This document shows positions 25,201 through 40,702 of a stretch of 64,000 nucleotides of DNA, piece after piece. The translations under genes and the position numbers were made by a program. Each line of letters begins with the position of its first letter. Positions within the stretch are counted from its first letter, which is position 1. The stretch is taken from positions 124,001-188,000 of the forward strand of contig CDMY01000964.1 in NCBI GenBank assembly GCA_001179505.1, given 5' to 3'. The notes under the pieces are model-generated. The model worked only from the letters and a program-made list of their open reading frames with translations. It ran no database searches and was not told where the DNA came from. Source of the stretch: Vitrella brassicaformis CCMP3155 (taxonomy: Eukaryota > Protista > Chromerida).

Positions 25201-28186
25201 TACGACCAGATATCTTACACGGACAGGGCCATGATCTGCTTCTTTCGTAAGTTTGTTGGCAGGCAGACAAGACAGAGAAGACCAAGCTTTGATGTGTCTC
25301 CTCCTTCGCTGTGTCTCCTCTCTATCTTCAGCGCGCACGTGTCTGGACGTTCATTGGGCCGGCTGGACTGATTGTCATCCACCACCGGACGGCCCTCAGG
25401 ACCTCTGCGGGCCTGACGCGGGTAGAAGGAGAAGAAAACGGGTGAGCAGAAGACGCTGTCGGTCCACTGGTGACCTTCACCGTATAAAATTGTGCAGAAC
25501 TTGTACGATGAGCACATGAAGTTCAACCCCAAATCGAAGCTAAAAGACTGCGTGCTGCCCGGCGAGATGAGACTGATGGAAGAGGAGCCATGCGAACTCA
25601 AATGCCGTGAGCAAGACCGACACAGATCGAATCATGTGTTGACACATGTCTGTGCTCTCCTGGTCGTGTATCAGCGAAGGATTGCGTAGTATCTGAGTTG
25701 ACGGTGAGAGAGCTGCGGTGCGAGTATGACGATCCCGATGCAGGCTGCGGCATGGGCAGACAACGACTGGAACGATCCATCCTGGTAAGGAAGACTTGAC
25801 GACTGCATTGCCCTGTGGGCATGTCTCTGCATTGAATGGTGGTGCAGGTGCCGGCGGCCGAGGGTTGGGACGGGCGTCAGGGCCGCTGCCCTCCTGTGGA
25901 CGCAGCCGGTAGACCAGTCGCTATGGCCGGCTACAAGAGGTGTTACAACAGATGTGGTGAGTGATTGAAAGAGCCACACATACGCGCGGATGCGTGTGTA
26001 TGCCTCTATTTGATCCGTGCACGCACATAGAGTATGATGGCGAGTGGTGCAAGTACCGCATCGGCCCTAAGGTTCGTCAGGGAGGCACTTGCCCCTCTGT
26101 CACCTTCTACATCAGGTAGGGAGAGCAGCGATCAATGCAGACCCGCTGCAGTGTCTTTCTGTGACGTTTGACTTTCATGCACACAGGGGCATCAGGCGGC
26201 CAGCTGGCGAAGACTCCCGTGAGGGCGAATACACTTACTGTGACGCGACGACCTATTCCCGACTATTCAAGGCGCTCGTCATCACTTACCGTACGCAAGA
26301 ACTCCTCCATGGGGATATCGATGCTTGCCTCTTGCATGTCCCTGTCTCCCAGTTCTCGAATATCATGTGATCAAGGCCGACCCGTCCCGCTCTCCCCAAG
26401 GACTTTTCTTCTTCCCCCGGGAACGCGGTTGGACCCTTGTCAAGCCATCGCTCGAACCACTGACCTTCTGCGAGCCACAGTTGCTCCCCCGAGGCTTTCT
26501 CGCCGCCTTTGCCGCAGCCGATATGCGGGCATCTAGTGAGGGCTACTTTGTGGGACCGGCCCTGCAGGGCGAGCAGAATAAGAATTCCGCAGAAAAACCG
26601 AGGTACGATGTGCTGACTTTGGTGTGTGTCTGTTCTGAATGTATGTCTGTGGTTGTGTGCTGAAGGTTGCTTGAGGAGTCGATCGTCAGCATCATTGTTC
26701 GTGACCATTTGTTTGAAGATGAAGCGCTACCAAGTGCTGACTTCCAGGAGGACCTGAGCGACATCACAGGAGCGGCCAATCCACAGAAGGAGGACGTCTG
26801 TCAGGCGACGCCACAGGTTCACGCAAACACCAGGACATCCGAAGATCGTTGTGTGTGTACTTGTGCCTCATGTATTCAGGTGCTCTATCTGGACGCAGTG
26901 AGCGAGCTGCATCGTGTGTTAAAGAGGTCGCTAACGAAAGAAGACGCTGAGGCGCTGAAGGAATTCTACGTCGGCGAGATCTCGCTCGAGCCATGCCCTG
27001 CCATCACACACCCCAGTGAGCCAGCCACGCTCCATGCCTCGTGAAGCCCTGCTGTGTCGTCGCTTTGGTGCGCTCCCGCAGGCAGTTATCTACGAGTGCG
27101 GTGGAACAGAAGGGGCAGTCCCGGCCTTCCATACACACCCCGCTACTATGAGTCTGATCGGCGCATGCTCGTCAGGCGCCCTCTCAACACTTCTGCCGTC
27201 TCATCCTTCGTCCAGACACAACATGAGTCCCCACAACAAGCACACCGGCTGTACAGAACGACCCAGGCTGACTACGAACACGTGCACTACGTCAACAGTA
27301 CAGGCATCTTCGATGACCACCTGAGCAACAACTCGGCAGCAGGTCTCTCGCAGGCTGATTGGAAAGCCGTAAGAGACCTCCTTGGCCCTGCCGGCGGTGA
27401 GGGCTCAGGATTCATTGAACAAGTGGCCAACATATCAAGAAACGCGTCTTGGAGCGCCGAACACGATAAGCGGACAGCTCCCGGCGGTTTGGCCAGCGTG
27501 GGGGCTACTGAGCGGAACAGAGCCCGTCAGCAGCTCGGGGCAAGCTCTGATGGGACGATCGAGAGCGCCGTCGACACCATTTGTGAGGACCTGGACACAG
27601 GCGGGCTGGGGTTTTTCGAAGTGAAGCAGTGGTACAAGAATCAGGTCAAGAACAAGAAGTTATCCGTTGTTCAAGACCAGTACTTCAGATTGTGCTACAA
27701 AGGTCAGCAAGTGAAGTAACGAGACAGAGGCAGACGCGAGCAGGAAGAATTTCCCCCTCTGTTCGTGGCAGCCCGTGAGTGTGCCGTGGGATACACCGAC
27801 TGGACGGCATGCTCGGCGTCCTGCGGCCCCGGCACCAGACGCCGCAATATACGAATCGCACTCACGCCAGTGGGCCAGAGAGGGAGGGAGACACAGAGAG
27901 ACATTCTATACCACCAGTGTAGCATCCATGTCGTCATCTGTGGCTGGATGTGTGCCTCAAGGGTGAGTTGTCGGATCCGTGTCCCGAGCACGACCACATG
28001 GTGCCTGACGGCTCATGCGTCATCAAGACAGCAGTCCTGCCCGAACAGCAGGAATCGTGCTTCGTCCATTGCCGTACGCATATTATCAACACCACCATGA
28101 TTGCGACTTGTCCTCTATATGTGCATTTGTTGATGTGTGTGTGTGTGTGTGCAGCGAAACGTGCCTGCTGCGACAACGATGAGTAG
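16224..28186 (+). CDS. Very large, many-exon, Cys-rich secreted protein with repeated modules each ending in a TSP1-like domain; possibly frameshifted
   Basis: Signal-like MMSSVLAVCPLLVLANCLQAAVA (16224). TSP1-like segments at ~19720 (CVVSH..NCGPGTQT), ~23740 (ECLLGDW..CG..YQRR), ~25680 (KDCVVSE..CGMGRQRLERSIL|VPAAEG..CP) and ~27770 (DWTACSASCGPGTRRR). Consecutive exons I checked splice in phase; not all were checked, and it may be more than one gene. Confidence 0.6.
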
Positions 28187-28325
28187 ATGGAGAAGGGATG
28201 CGTCTTGGTCGATCGAGGGACCTAGGTTAGCGAATTTCAGTCATGGTCTTCTGCTGGTATTCGCTGTCGGTGCTAAAGGTCTTCTGTACTGGCTGCGGTT
28301 GTCACTAGAAGCACAAGTCCGCTTC

Positions 28326-29327
28326 TCACTTATCCTCACCGGCATGATGACCGACCAGAGGAAAGAATGGCCCAGAACCTCTCATGGACGGAAGCAGAAG
28401 GGCCATTGTCGTCAGATGAGTCGACCCCTTACTCGAACTTTTAGCTCGTGTCTGTTGCCCTTGTGATTCTGCCGCTTTCCTTCGAGGTGCGAGCAGCGCC
28501 GCCGCTTTGTGCATATTCCGTGGCGCCTGCACCATCCGTGTCTCCCCTCTCTCCTCTACATGTACGTCCTCCCCAACCGGCGCAATGCTGTCGGTGGCCT
28601 CGTGCTGCATCCTCCTATCCACAATGGTCCTTCCGTCTTTGATCTGCAAAGTCAGTGTGCCCTTGTCCCACTGCGACTCGTATGTTTCCGGACACACCGG
28701 CTCGCACTGATACCGCGGCTCCCGGCTCTTCGCCAGCCAAACAGCGGTCCACCCAATCATTTCGGCTGTCCTCTCGCCCTCAACCTCGCCTTCATCCAGC
28801 TCCTCACGGCGTAGGCCGGGTATGCAGTATACTGACAGCAGGCGTGTGAGTCGTTGGCACAGGCTGGGTAAAAAGGGTTCCTCTGGCGGATTCGGTCGAG
28901 CATTGCCTCATTCATTCTCTCTACTTCTGCTTCGCAGCCACAGACGGGGGGCGAGTTGACTGTCTTGGTTGCATTCTCGGTCTGCAGCAGTGATGTGGAA
29001 GTCGGCAAGGGGACAAATAAGGGGGAGACAGCCCGAGGCGACCACGACGAAAACAAACCTGTGAGAAGGAAGAGGATCTATGATGACACATGCATGGTGA
29101 ATTGAGCATTTTCCATCTCACCTACCTCTTCTCTTCAGCTTTGGATTGCCTGCTGTTTGTCTTGGTTTCCAAGAGAGGCGGGCACGTAGCGCCGCAGACA
29201 GGGCCGACCCATGGCAAAGAGGAAAGCCGAGGGCTAAAACTCCATAGTCAGTGGCTCTCCTCGCCTTCCTCGCGCCGATTACGACAGAAAAGAACACAAT
29301 GGCTGAGACGGCGTATGTAATGTGCAT
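28326..29327 (-). CDS. Hypothetical protein with an N-terminal signal-like segment; exon structure unresolved
   Basis: MHITYAVSAIVFFSVVIGA at 29327, GT-AG intron into a Cys-containing exon, and a further open frame 28326-28760. The frames are not cleanly joined. Confidence 0.3.
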
Positions 29328-29591
29328 GAAGGCGGATGCTGTGGGTATGTATGTGGGTCAGGCGATGAACCGACGTTGCACTCAAGCGAGAAGGCAACAA
29401 CAGACAGGCTCACTGCAGATGGGCGGGGACTCCTCCGCATGCGACTTGCCGGATCACAGGCGACGTCCAGATCGTTGAGGGAAATGAAATGACGCAGTTC
29501 GCGAGTATCCGCACTGCCAGTTGAGCTCGCACGGGAACGTGCACGGGAGAAAACGGGGCTGAAAGCGCTGCTGCAGAAAAAACGTTGCAGG

Positions 29592-30583
29592 ATGGCTGAC
29601 AGTGAGCAACAAGAAGCCGTGAGGCGATTCGAGGCGAAAGAGGGTAAGATCCTTCAGGTGTGGTCTATCCATCCCACTCGTTGGTCCCTGTGTTGCCATT
29701 CTGCTTTTCTGCAGACCGCAAGGGCGTTGTTTATCTGTCCCAGGTGCCGCCCTACATGCAGGTGGACAAGCTACGGCACACGATGTCACAGTTCGGGCAG
29801 GTCGGACGCATCTTCCTCACTCCAGAAGACGAAGGTCAGTCAGCACAACATACGCTCACACACACACACACACACACACAGACACATTCGGATGGCTGGC
29901 CTGTTTCTTTTGTTGGCCCCATCCGTCAATCAGTGACGTTCGCGCGTCGTGTGAAGAGTGGCGGCAACAGGAAGCGTCGGTTCGTCGATGGTTGGGTGGA
30001 GTTCCTCGACAAGCGAGTGGCCAAGCGTGTGGCGGCCTCCCTCAATAACACCCCCGTGGGCGGCAGGAAGCGCCACAATATCTACAGGGACGACATCTGG
30101 TGTGTGCGGTACCTCCCCAAGTTCAAGTGGCACCACCTCACCGAGCACGCCGTCTACAAGCGCAACGTCCGGCAGTACCGCCTGCAGGCCCAGCTTGCTC
30201 AGAGCAAGAGGGAGGACCAGCACTACCTCGAGCAGGTCGAGAAGGCCAGGCGCCAGGCAAAGATACAGCAGAAGAGGTCTATGAAGGAGGCCAAACGTGT
30301 TGAGGCTGAAGGCGAAGCTGACGACGATGCGGTTGGGAGGGATGAGGAGAAGGAGGAGGAGAGGAAGGACAAGATGCGGAGGCTTCTGGCGAGTCTGAAA
30401 AGAGCCGCTGCTGCTGATGAAAATGCACTATCATCCAGCAGCGGGCGTCCGACGGGCAAGAGAAAGCTTGCCGAGGCCTTCAGGGAAGAAGCGCGGACGG
30501 GGGAGGGGGCAGGGAGGGGCCGAGAGACCGCCGCTCCTGACCAGCCCATCGACATATCGCTGCTGAAGCGATTTGCTGCTTGA
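29592..30583 (+). CDS. ESF2: Pre-rRNA processing protein ESF2 / activator of basal transcription 1 (RRM)
   Basis: GVVYLSQVPPYM..KLRH.MSQFGQVGRIFLTPE, GNRKRRFVDGWVEFLDKRVAKRVA..LNNTPVGGRKR, DDIWCVRYLPKFKWHHL. Confidence 0.93.
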
Positions 30584-30873
30584 GTATGCTTGCTTTTGTC
30601 CGGACCATGTACGGCTCTTTTCGTGCCTAGAGGGACGCGTAACCGTGTGTATATCTTGTATTATGAACACAAGGTGTCCCCGTCGCGTGTCATCACATCA
30701 CCGCACAACAAACAACAAATAAAACGACACAAACACGGAACCACTCACGACAACCGCACCGCACCGCGCGGGACCACAAAGCGCCTGTCGCACGCAGAGA
30801 GAGGCTAGCTACAAAAGAGACGCCATGCACCGACACACTCGGGCCATACCACACACGGCCATGCTGATGCTCA

Positions 30874-33304
<2,431 letters not shown>

Positions 33305-33420
33305 CTTCGCAATCGGCGTGTTCCTTTTCTCTCTCGCCCCGCCGTCTGCGAGCTAAGCGAGGGGGGCAAAACTAGGGGGGCAAAAGACGCCCCCTGGGGA
33401 AGACCTGACGACCCGAAACA

Positions 33421-35689
33421 ATGCTGTGGCTGCTGGTGTTTCTCTCAGCCGCGTCGGTGCTGGCAGGCCACTCGTCGTTCGCACCCCTGTGCGCCTTGAC
33501 GAATGAGGGCGACAGTCTGCCTTCCGCGGCCATGCTCACTGCAGTTGGTGGCCCTGATGAGCCGCAGAGCCCCACATACGACAGACCGCCTCCAAAAGAC
33601 CAAACACAAGGCGGACAAAGCATGGTGAGCCGTGCAGACAGACAGACAGACAGACAGACGACTGCATGCGCTTGGTGTGAGTGGACGATTGATTCATTTG
33701 CAGTGTCCCATGGCTCTGGCGGACATCGCCGACAACGTGCGTGACGTCAATCGGCGGCTCAAGACATTGCTCTTCATCTGTCTTGGCTCGGTCGTCTGCT
33801 ACGTCATCCTGCTGCTCACATGGGTGCTGTCGCCATTCTTCCCTCCCCCAAGGACCCCCCTGTTCCGCACAGCGGTGCAGAGGGACTCCATCGCCTCGGA
33901 AGCGTCGGCTGAACGGGGTGCCGGTGGGGGGAGGCAGTCACGGTCCTACTCGATCGTGCCGGCACCTGAAGACGGCTATGTGGACAAGATGACATTCCCC
34001 GCGCGGCTGCATCTGCCGGCGTTTTGCTGTCTGTTGGTGGTGAATGTGCTGATGCTCATCACACTTGCGTCGAGGCTGCAGCCGTACCTGTGGAACGGGA
34101 TATCCTTCTCGCTTGATGCGAGGGACGACAAGCTGAGGAAGGATCTCATCCGGGGCTTCAGATGGACTCATCGATAGTGAGGCTGGAGGGAAGAGAGGAG
34201 ACGCACACGATCCCGCCATGCCATGGATCGTTTGCTTGTATGCGTTGTGCAGCTGTGTCATGGAGACGGCCCTGCAGTTGCTCGCTGAGTTCTCCGGCCT
34301 CCTCTGGTAACTAACGAGGGCCGTCAGTGCACCAAATAGGTGTCCTTTCTTATCTCTTTTTCTTTTCGTTTGCTGATGTTGGTAAGGATTGCGATGATTG
34401 GGTTCAACATGACGCTGCTGCTGCACTTCCGAGGCGACGAGATCGACCTCGGCAGCATCAGATGCCTAGAACTCTCCTACCACGCGTGAGCCATCTAGAA
34501 TCCCTCTTTGCGTCATCTCTCTGTCTGCGTGCGTTCTATTCAGTGTCATTTGGTCGCTGGGCCTGTTGGGTGCGATCTTCGTCCTCGTGCATCACTACGG
34601 CGCCATCAGGGTCGTTGCCTTGTGAGCGGCAGACGAGCCCCCAGTTCTGCAATCGACGTATGTCGTGTGTGTATTGGGATGCAGCTGCGGCATCGACTCT
34701 CCCGAGTGGCTTCGGCTGACGGTCTATCAGATCCTCCCCATCGTCGTCAGATCACTCATGCTCATATCCATGCTCAGTAAGTATACCAACCAGCCACCCT
34801 CCCTCCCTCCCTCCCTCCCTCCCACCCTCCCACAAATCCCTTGCCCCTCCCTCCCTCCCTCCCTCCCTGTGTCAGTTGTGGGCCACTACCTCATCAGTGA
34901 AACATGCCGCAACATGCGAGAAAAGCGCCGAGGCACGACTACAGCAATGGTGACCGCCCAGCCCGACCACAGCAGCATGCCCGCCCCGGTGGAAGGGCAA
35001 GGGCCACGGGACGATCAAGGGGGGGAGGAGGGCAGCGCTCCCGTGACAGAGAGCGACTCGGTAGACGTGACGGCCGACTGGCAGGGGCGAGTAGAGGAGC
35101 CAGGGAGGCGGCGCAGGTGTCTGGGCAGCTACCGGTACCACCCTGACAAATATGCACCCATAATCCGATGCTGGGCTCTGCTGCTGCTCTTTGGTCAGTC
35201 AGTGGGTTTGGTGGGCGGGGGGGGGTGGGTGAGGAAGACAGACACGGTTTCATTTCATCGATGCATCCAGAGACACACGAGTGTCTCCTTCGTTCGCGCG
35301 GCTGTGTATGTCAGGCATTGGATTGCTGTCGCACGAGATCGTGTCACTGGCGAAATATCTCATGTAGGCTCCGTTCTGTTTCTCTTTCCCTGTGAGCAGC
35401 CACGCATGTCTTTGGTGTGTCTGTGGGCGTGGCGTAGGATGGAGTTCGGATCAGACGAGACCATCGATGTCAAACAGCTATTCGCCGTCGCAACTGGGTA
35501 CCGTACGTATCGCATGTCTGGGCGCTGAAGGGACGACGCTCTTGCACGCCTCTCCTCCCCTCTGCGCGTGTGTGTGAGGGCAGGTACCTGTATTTGATGT
35601 GTTTCGGCATTACGACGGACAACTTCCGCCTGTGGGGCCGCATACTCACGTGCAGATACAGCAAGCCCGGCGGCGGGGGGGACTTATAG
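33421..35689 (+). CDS. Hypothetical multi-pass membrane protein with signal peptide
   Basis: MLWLLVFLSAASVLAG leader, in-phase splice into CPMALADIAD..LLFICLGSVVCYVILLLTWVL, and several later hydrophobic exons. The 3' end is approximate. Confidence 0.55.
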
Positions 35690-35869
35690 CATGGGAAGCA
35701 TAATAGATGTGAGAACGACTTGGGGGCGAGACATGACCTACTTGTCTGTGTGTGTCTGTGGTGCATTCATGGCTTTCTTGATAATACGATCCTCGGAATA
35801 TTAGCAGTATGGCGACAAAGCAGACACATGTCTCACGGCCTATCGGTCTATTCACAGCACAGCCAATGC

Positions 35870-37774
35870 TCACGTCTGCCCCCTCTGCTCCACAAGCAAG
35901 TACGCCGTCTCATCAGCATCACCACCACTCCCACCCTCACCCTCATTAGCACCCTCCTTAAGAAGCGGCTGCCTGTCCTCACCTTGCACACCCAGAAACA
36001 GCCCCTGCTTCCTGAACCTCTCCCGCAGCACATGCATCAACTCCCGCCGTGTTGTCGAGAAATGGTTGATAATCGGGATGGACACAAAAAACAGCGGGAT
36101 GCCCCACCGACGCCAGTCGTCCAGGAAAGACCCCTGCGCAAAGAAGGCGTTAGGGTAGTACTTTTTCGCCAGGATCTCATAGGTCAGCACGGGGCTCTTG
36201 GCGCACTGCAGCCATAGCAGCGCGATGATCACCGACACCAGGATGGGCGGCCATATCTCCAGGAGGGACTGCAGCAGCTCGAATATCACCCAGAAAGGGG
36301 CCAGGAGGCAGTCGCAGAAGGTCACCGCCTGCTTTGCCGTCAGGTAGTAGACTACGGCCAGAATGAGGATCAGCAAGAAGAACTGGACGTAGATGGGAAT
36401 GGCCATCACCAGGGCCACGTACATGCCGATAGTGGCCATGAGCTGGGAGATGGTGTAGTCGGGCTGGGGGTGGGTGGAGGAATAGGGCCGCAGTGTCTCG
36501 ACGATGACCCAACAGTCGGACGGCACCACCATGTTGAGCAGCCCGGGGATGGCTGCGGCGAGGACGGCATCGAAATCGGAGAGCCATATGATGCCCAACA
36601 CCGTCAGGACAGCAAACTGCACGACAGAGAGGGACGGAGGGAGGGAGGGAGGTGGACGAACAAGACAAACACACAGGTGGATACTACCTACCATGGGATC
36701 ATCAGCATTGCCTACGATGAGGTCACAGCCAATCCAGCCAATCCTGATCAGATCCATCCACACAGGAAGGAAAGACACACACCATCGCCACACACGTCGA
36801 TGGATGCACACATTCAGTAATTCTTCCGCTCATACATACCAGAAATCGATGACGAGCTCGAGGACATTGACGAGGAAGCACACAAAGAGAAACGACATCC
36901 CAATGGGCCTCATCTTGCCAGTCAGCCATGTCTTCTCCTCAAACGCGGGGTGCCTCGCCTTCAGGGAGTACCTGCCCCAGAAGGTCTCCGTCTTGGGGAA
37001 GCTGAGACACGTCAGCAGCTCCACGCTCTTGGCCCTCTCGCGGATGTCCTTGGCCAGCATGATGAGCAGAATGCCGATGCTGAAGATGGCGCAGAGCCGG
37101 TTGCTCACCGACTGCCGCAGCAGCGTCTGTATCTGCCGGTCGATGATCGTGTCGATTGTCAGACCTGACTTGTCCTGCGCGCCGCTCTCCAAATGGTGGA
37201 AACTGCTTGCACCCATGGCAATTAACAGACAAAGGGAAGGGCCTGGCGAAGAATTCCCGATGTGTGTGTTCCTGCGCACGGTACGGCACGGTACCCGAGG
37301 GCCGATGTGAAGTCGGGGTCGAGAGTGAAGAGCAGAGAGATCTGCACTGTCAGGACAAAGATGGTCAAGAGGAGGAGCAGAAAGGGCGACAGCTGCAAGG
37401 GCCTGCCGATGGACGTCAGCCCAAACGCTCCCATCAGGCACGCGCTGCACGTACAGTAAGTACAACAGACACTCGATCCAAGAGAGACATACAATGGTGG
37501 GGTGGACGCAATGCATGCGATGCGATCATCGGTGTGCATTACACGCATACATGGACAGGTTGAAGACGTCATGCTGCAGGCCGATGTCCCCCACGTAGCA
37601 GGCGTCCTCATCATCGTCGCTCGAGGTGATGCTCTCGTCCCTCCCAGCCACCACAGTGCTGTCGGCCGAGTCCATCCCTCCGCCTCCTCCCGCCTCGGAT
37701 GCCTCTGGCGACGAGACGACGCGGCCGGCGGCGTAGTGGCGGCGATTCTTCTTGTGCAAACGCGCACCTATCAT
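35870..37774 (-). CDS. Hypothetical multi-pass membrane protein
   Basis: Long GC3-rich exons with several hydrophobic helices (e.g. LCAIFSIGILLIMLA, YVALVMAIPIYVQFFLLILILAVVYYL, IWPPILVSVIIALLWL); acidic N-terminal region; stop at 35870. Confidence 0.7.
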
Positions 37775-37883
37775 CGCACCGCACCCACACGGGCGTCTAG
37801 TCAGATGGCCGGCTCTGGGTGCGACGCGTGTGAGACGCTGCGAGCTCGCCCCCACCGCCCCCTCTCAAGAACCTGGGCTCATC

Positions 37884-40228
37884 ATGTCTGCAGCATCCTC
37901 CCGGAGGGGTTCTGATTCGTTCGGTGCCATTCAGCGCAGCCAGGCCTCCAGAAGACGAGATGCGGCAGAGAAGGCATCGGCTGGCGGCAACTATGACAGC
38001 GCCATTGCTGAGCTGACGCGGGCCATCTACCTGACCCCGGACGACGCCCACCTATACGGTGAGCACAACACCACGAACGAACTGCAATGGATGAATTCAC
38101 GCTTTCTGTCTCTCTCCACATGCAGTTGAGCGTGGCGATGCTTATCTGAATCTGAGAGACCTCAACAGTGCCAAACGCAACTACAAGAAGGCACTCCAGC
38201 TCTCCCCCCACCTCAAGGACGCACAGTCCAGATGGAATCTCCTCACTACAACCATGGCCGCACGCACACTCAACCGCGGGCAGACCAGCACCGCTCGTGC
38301 CGCCCTGAAGACGGCCGACAGGAGCGCAGAGAACCTCTACCTCCGGGCCGTGTGCGAAGTGCGCGACGGCAACCTAAAGGAGGCCCTCGCTTTCACAGAA
38401 GACGCCTTGGGGGAGACCCCGGCCATGGCAGATGCGCATATGCTTCGCGGGGCTCTCTTGCTGCTGCAGAACCAGGCGGGCGAGGGGGTCAACAAGTTCG
38501 CCCAGGCTGTCTCAGCGCTGTGGAAGGCCTTCAGCCACAACCCTGCGGACACGTCGGTGCAGTACTTTCTGCTGGACATGCACAACCGCGCCACTCAGCT
38601 GCACGAGCAGGCCATGAGCCTGGTGTTCCAGCATGACTACTGGAAGGCGCTGGAGGTACAACAGCCATTCGATCCATCACAGAAGGGGTCGTATCGTCAC
38701 TTTCGTGTGTCTGGTGTGTGTTTTGTCTGTCTGTCTTTCTCCTTGTTTAGTCAGATGTTGAACCAGGCGTCAGATGTGGCGCCCGACCATCCCGCGTCAC
38801 TGTTCCTCCGGGCGACTGTGCACAGGCGACTGGATCGGTTCGACGAGGCGCTCACCGACCTTCAACACTGCTCGGCGTGCTGCACAGAGGATATCAGGTA
38901 CCTACCAAGACACACACACACACACACACACACACCATTTCCCTTCTCACAAGCGATGCGATCCGTGTCTCCTGCCTGCGTGTAGGGAGCAGATAATGGT
39001 GCAGGCGGCCCTGACATACGGCGACATGGCGCGGAACCTGCACAAGAATGGCCATTTCAAGGAGGCCATCACCCTCTGCAACGAAGCCGGCACCTTCCAC
39101 CACGTCCCCATGACCAGGCTCCTGCGCGGCGAGTGCCGCCTTCAGCTGGGCCTCCACCAGGACGCCATACACGACTTCAAGCAGGAGCTGGAGCACGCCA
39201 CAAACGCCATACCGCCGGAAGAAATCCTCTCGCCCGACATTCAACGAACAAAGAGCACGAGACAGCACGGTGATGGCCCAGCGGAGGAGTCTTCGTCTTT
39301 GGCGTCAGAGCTGTGGAAGATCCGCAGGTGTCGAAGAATATGCGAGGTGCACGGCGCACTATCGAGGGCCTACCAGCTGCTGGGCATCCACCACTTCAAC
39401 AAGGGCGACTACGTGGGGGCATCGATGGAGCTCACCAAGGCGATCGATCACATCCAGCCGTCACGCTTTCCCCAGATCGCCGGCGAGAAGGCGGCAGCAC
39501 CAATGGAGCAGCTGTGGCTGCCCATTGACGCACAGCTCTTCCTACACAGAGGTCTGGAAAAGGGCGACACACACACACACACGCAGAACACAGAACACAC
39601 ACACCTGTCTGTCTCCTTTTCACTTGCTTATGCAGGCTACGCCGCCTTTTACTCGAAGCGCATGGAGCAGGCCCTGCGTGACTTCGACACTGCATCGCGG
39701 CTCGACCCCTCCATCCCCTTCCCCCTCTGCGAGCCACTCCGGCCCCCCAAACACAACCCCGTCATCGACACCCTCCCAGAGCCCCTCAAGAGAGCCCTCT
39801 TCCGTCCGCGGCAAATCGAGGCGCTGAACCTCACGTCCACTTTGCCAACCGAGCGGCTGCTGGCGGAGGAGAGCATCCGAACGCGCCGATCGCCGCGCAG
39901 AAAGGAGGACCAGACAGAGACATGTCTCGCTTTGACGGACCAGCCTCCCAGCCATCGGCCGTCTGCCACACCCTCTGTGCTGAGCGAGAGGGTTCGGCAC
40001 ATAGAGTTGGAGGGACTGCGGGTGACGCCCACACTGATGGACACCATTGCAGAGGTCACAGAGAGGGAGGGGGAGGGAGAGGGGGACAGCAGCGTTCGCA
40101 GGCGCAGGCGCACGACGCAGGATCACATTACTGTGCGGTTTGCTAAGGAAGAGGCTGAGAGGAAGGCGAGCGTCTATAGACATGATTCCTATGAGAGCAT
40201 TGTTGCAACCATCCGGAGCAGCGCATAA
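37884..40228 (+). CDS. TTC16: TPR-repeat protein, TTC16-like
   Basis: AIAELTRAIYLTP..LY|VERGDAYLNLRDLNSAKRNYKKAL, ASLFLRATVHRRLDRFDEALTD, ALTYGDMA..LHKNGHFKEAITLCN..LLRGECRLQLG follow the order of TTC16 TPRs as I recall them. Confidence 0.72.
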
Positions 40229-40702
40229 GTAAGTGGAGTGGATCGTGTGGGTATATGATATGATATGGGTGTGGTGTTTGCATAATAAATGGCATGACGG
40301 TTGACTGACGGGGGGGTAATTAAGAGGGGGATACGTACACGCCCGTACATGTAAGTGTCTGTGTGTGTGCGTATGTCCATCCATCCATCCATCTCGACTC
40401 ACTCACTTACTCGCTTCAGACAGACCAAAAATCCCTCCACCATGGGAATGCAATCGAATCGATCGACAAGTCGTCGCAACACAAGACGGCCAACACAGCC
40501 AACTCCCAACCCACTCAGTCCGTCCGTCGCGCCGACGGAGTCAGCTGGCCGCTGACTGACACAACAGCCACACACTCTGTCTGTAGGGTTGCCTTACCAC
40601 TCGCTACACAAATACGCTCATACGTCTGTTTGTCTCTATGGCCAAGAACACATATCTCCATATGTCTCCGTCTTCACAACTGCATCTCGGACAGGCCTCT
40701 CA

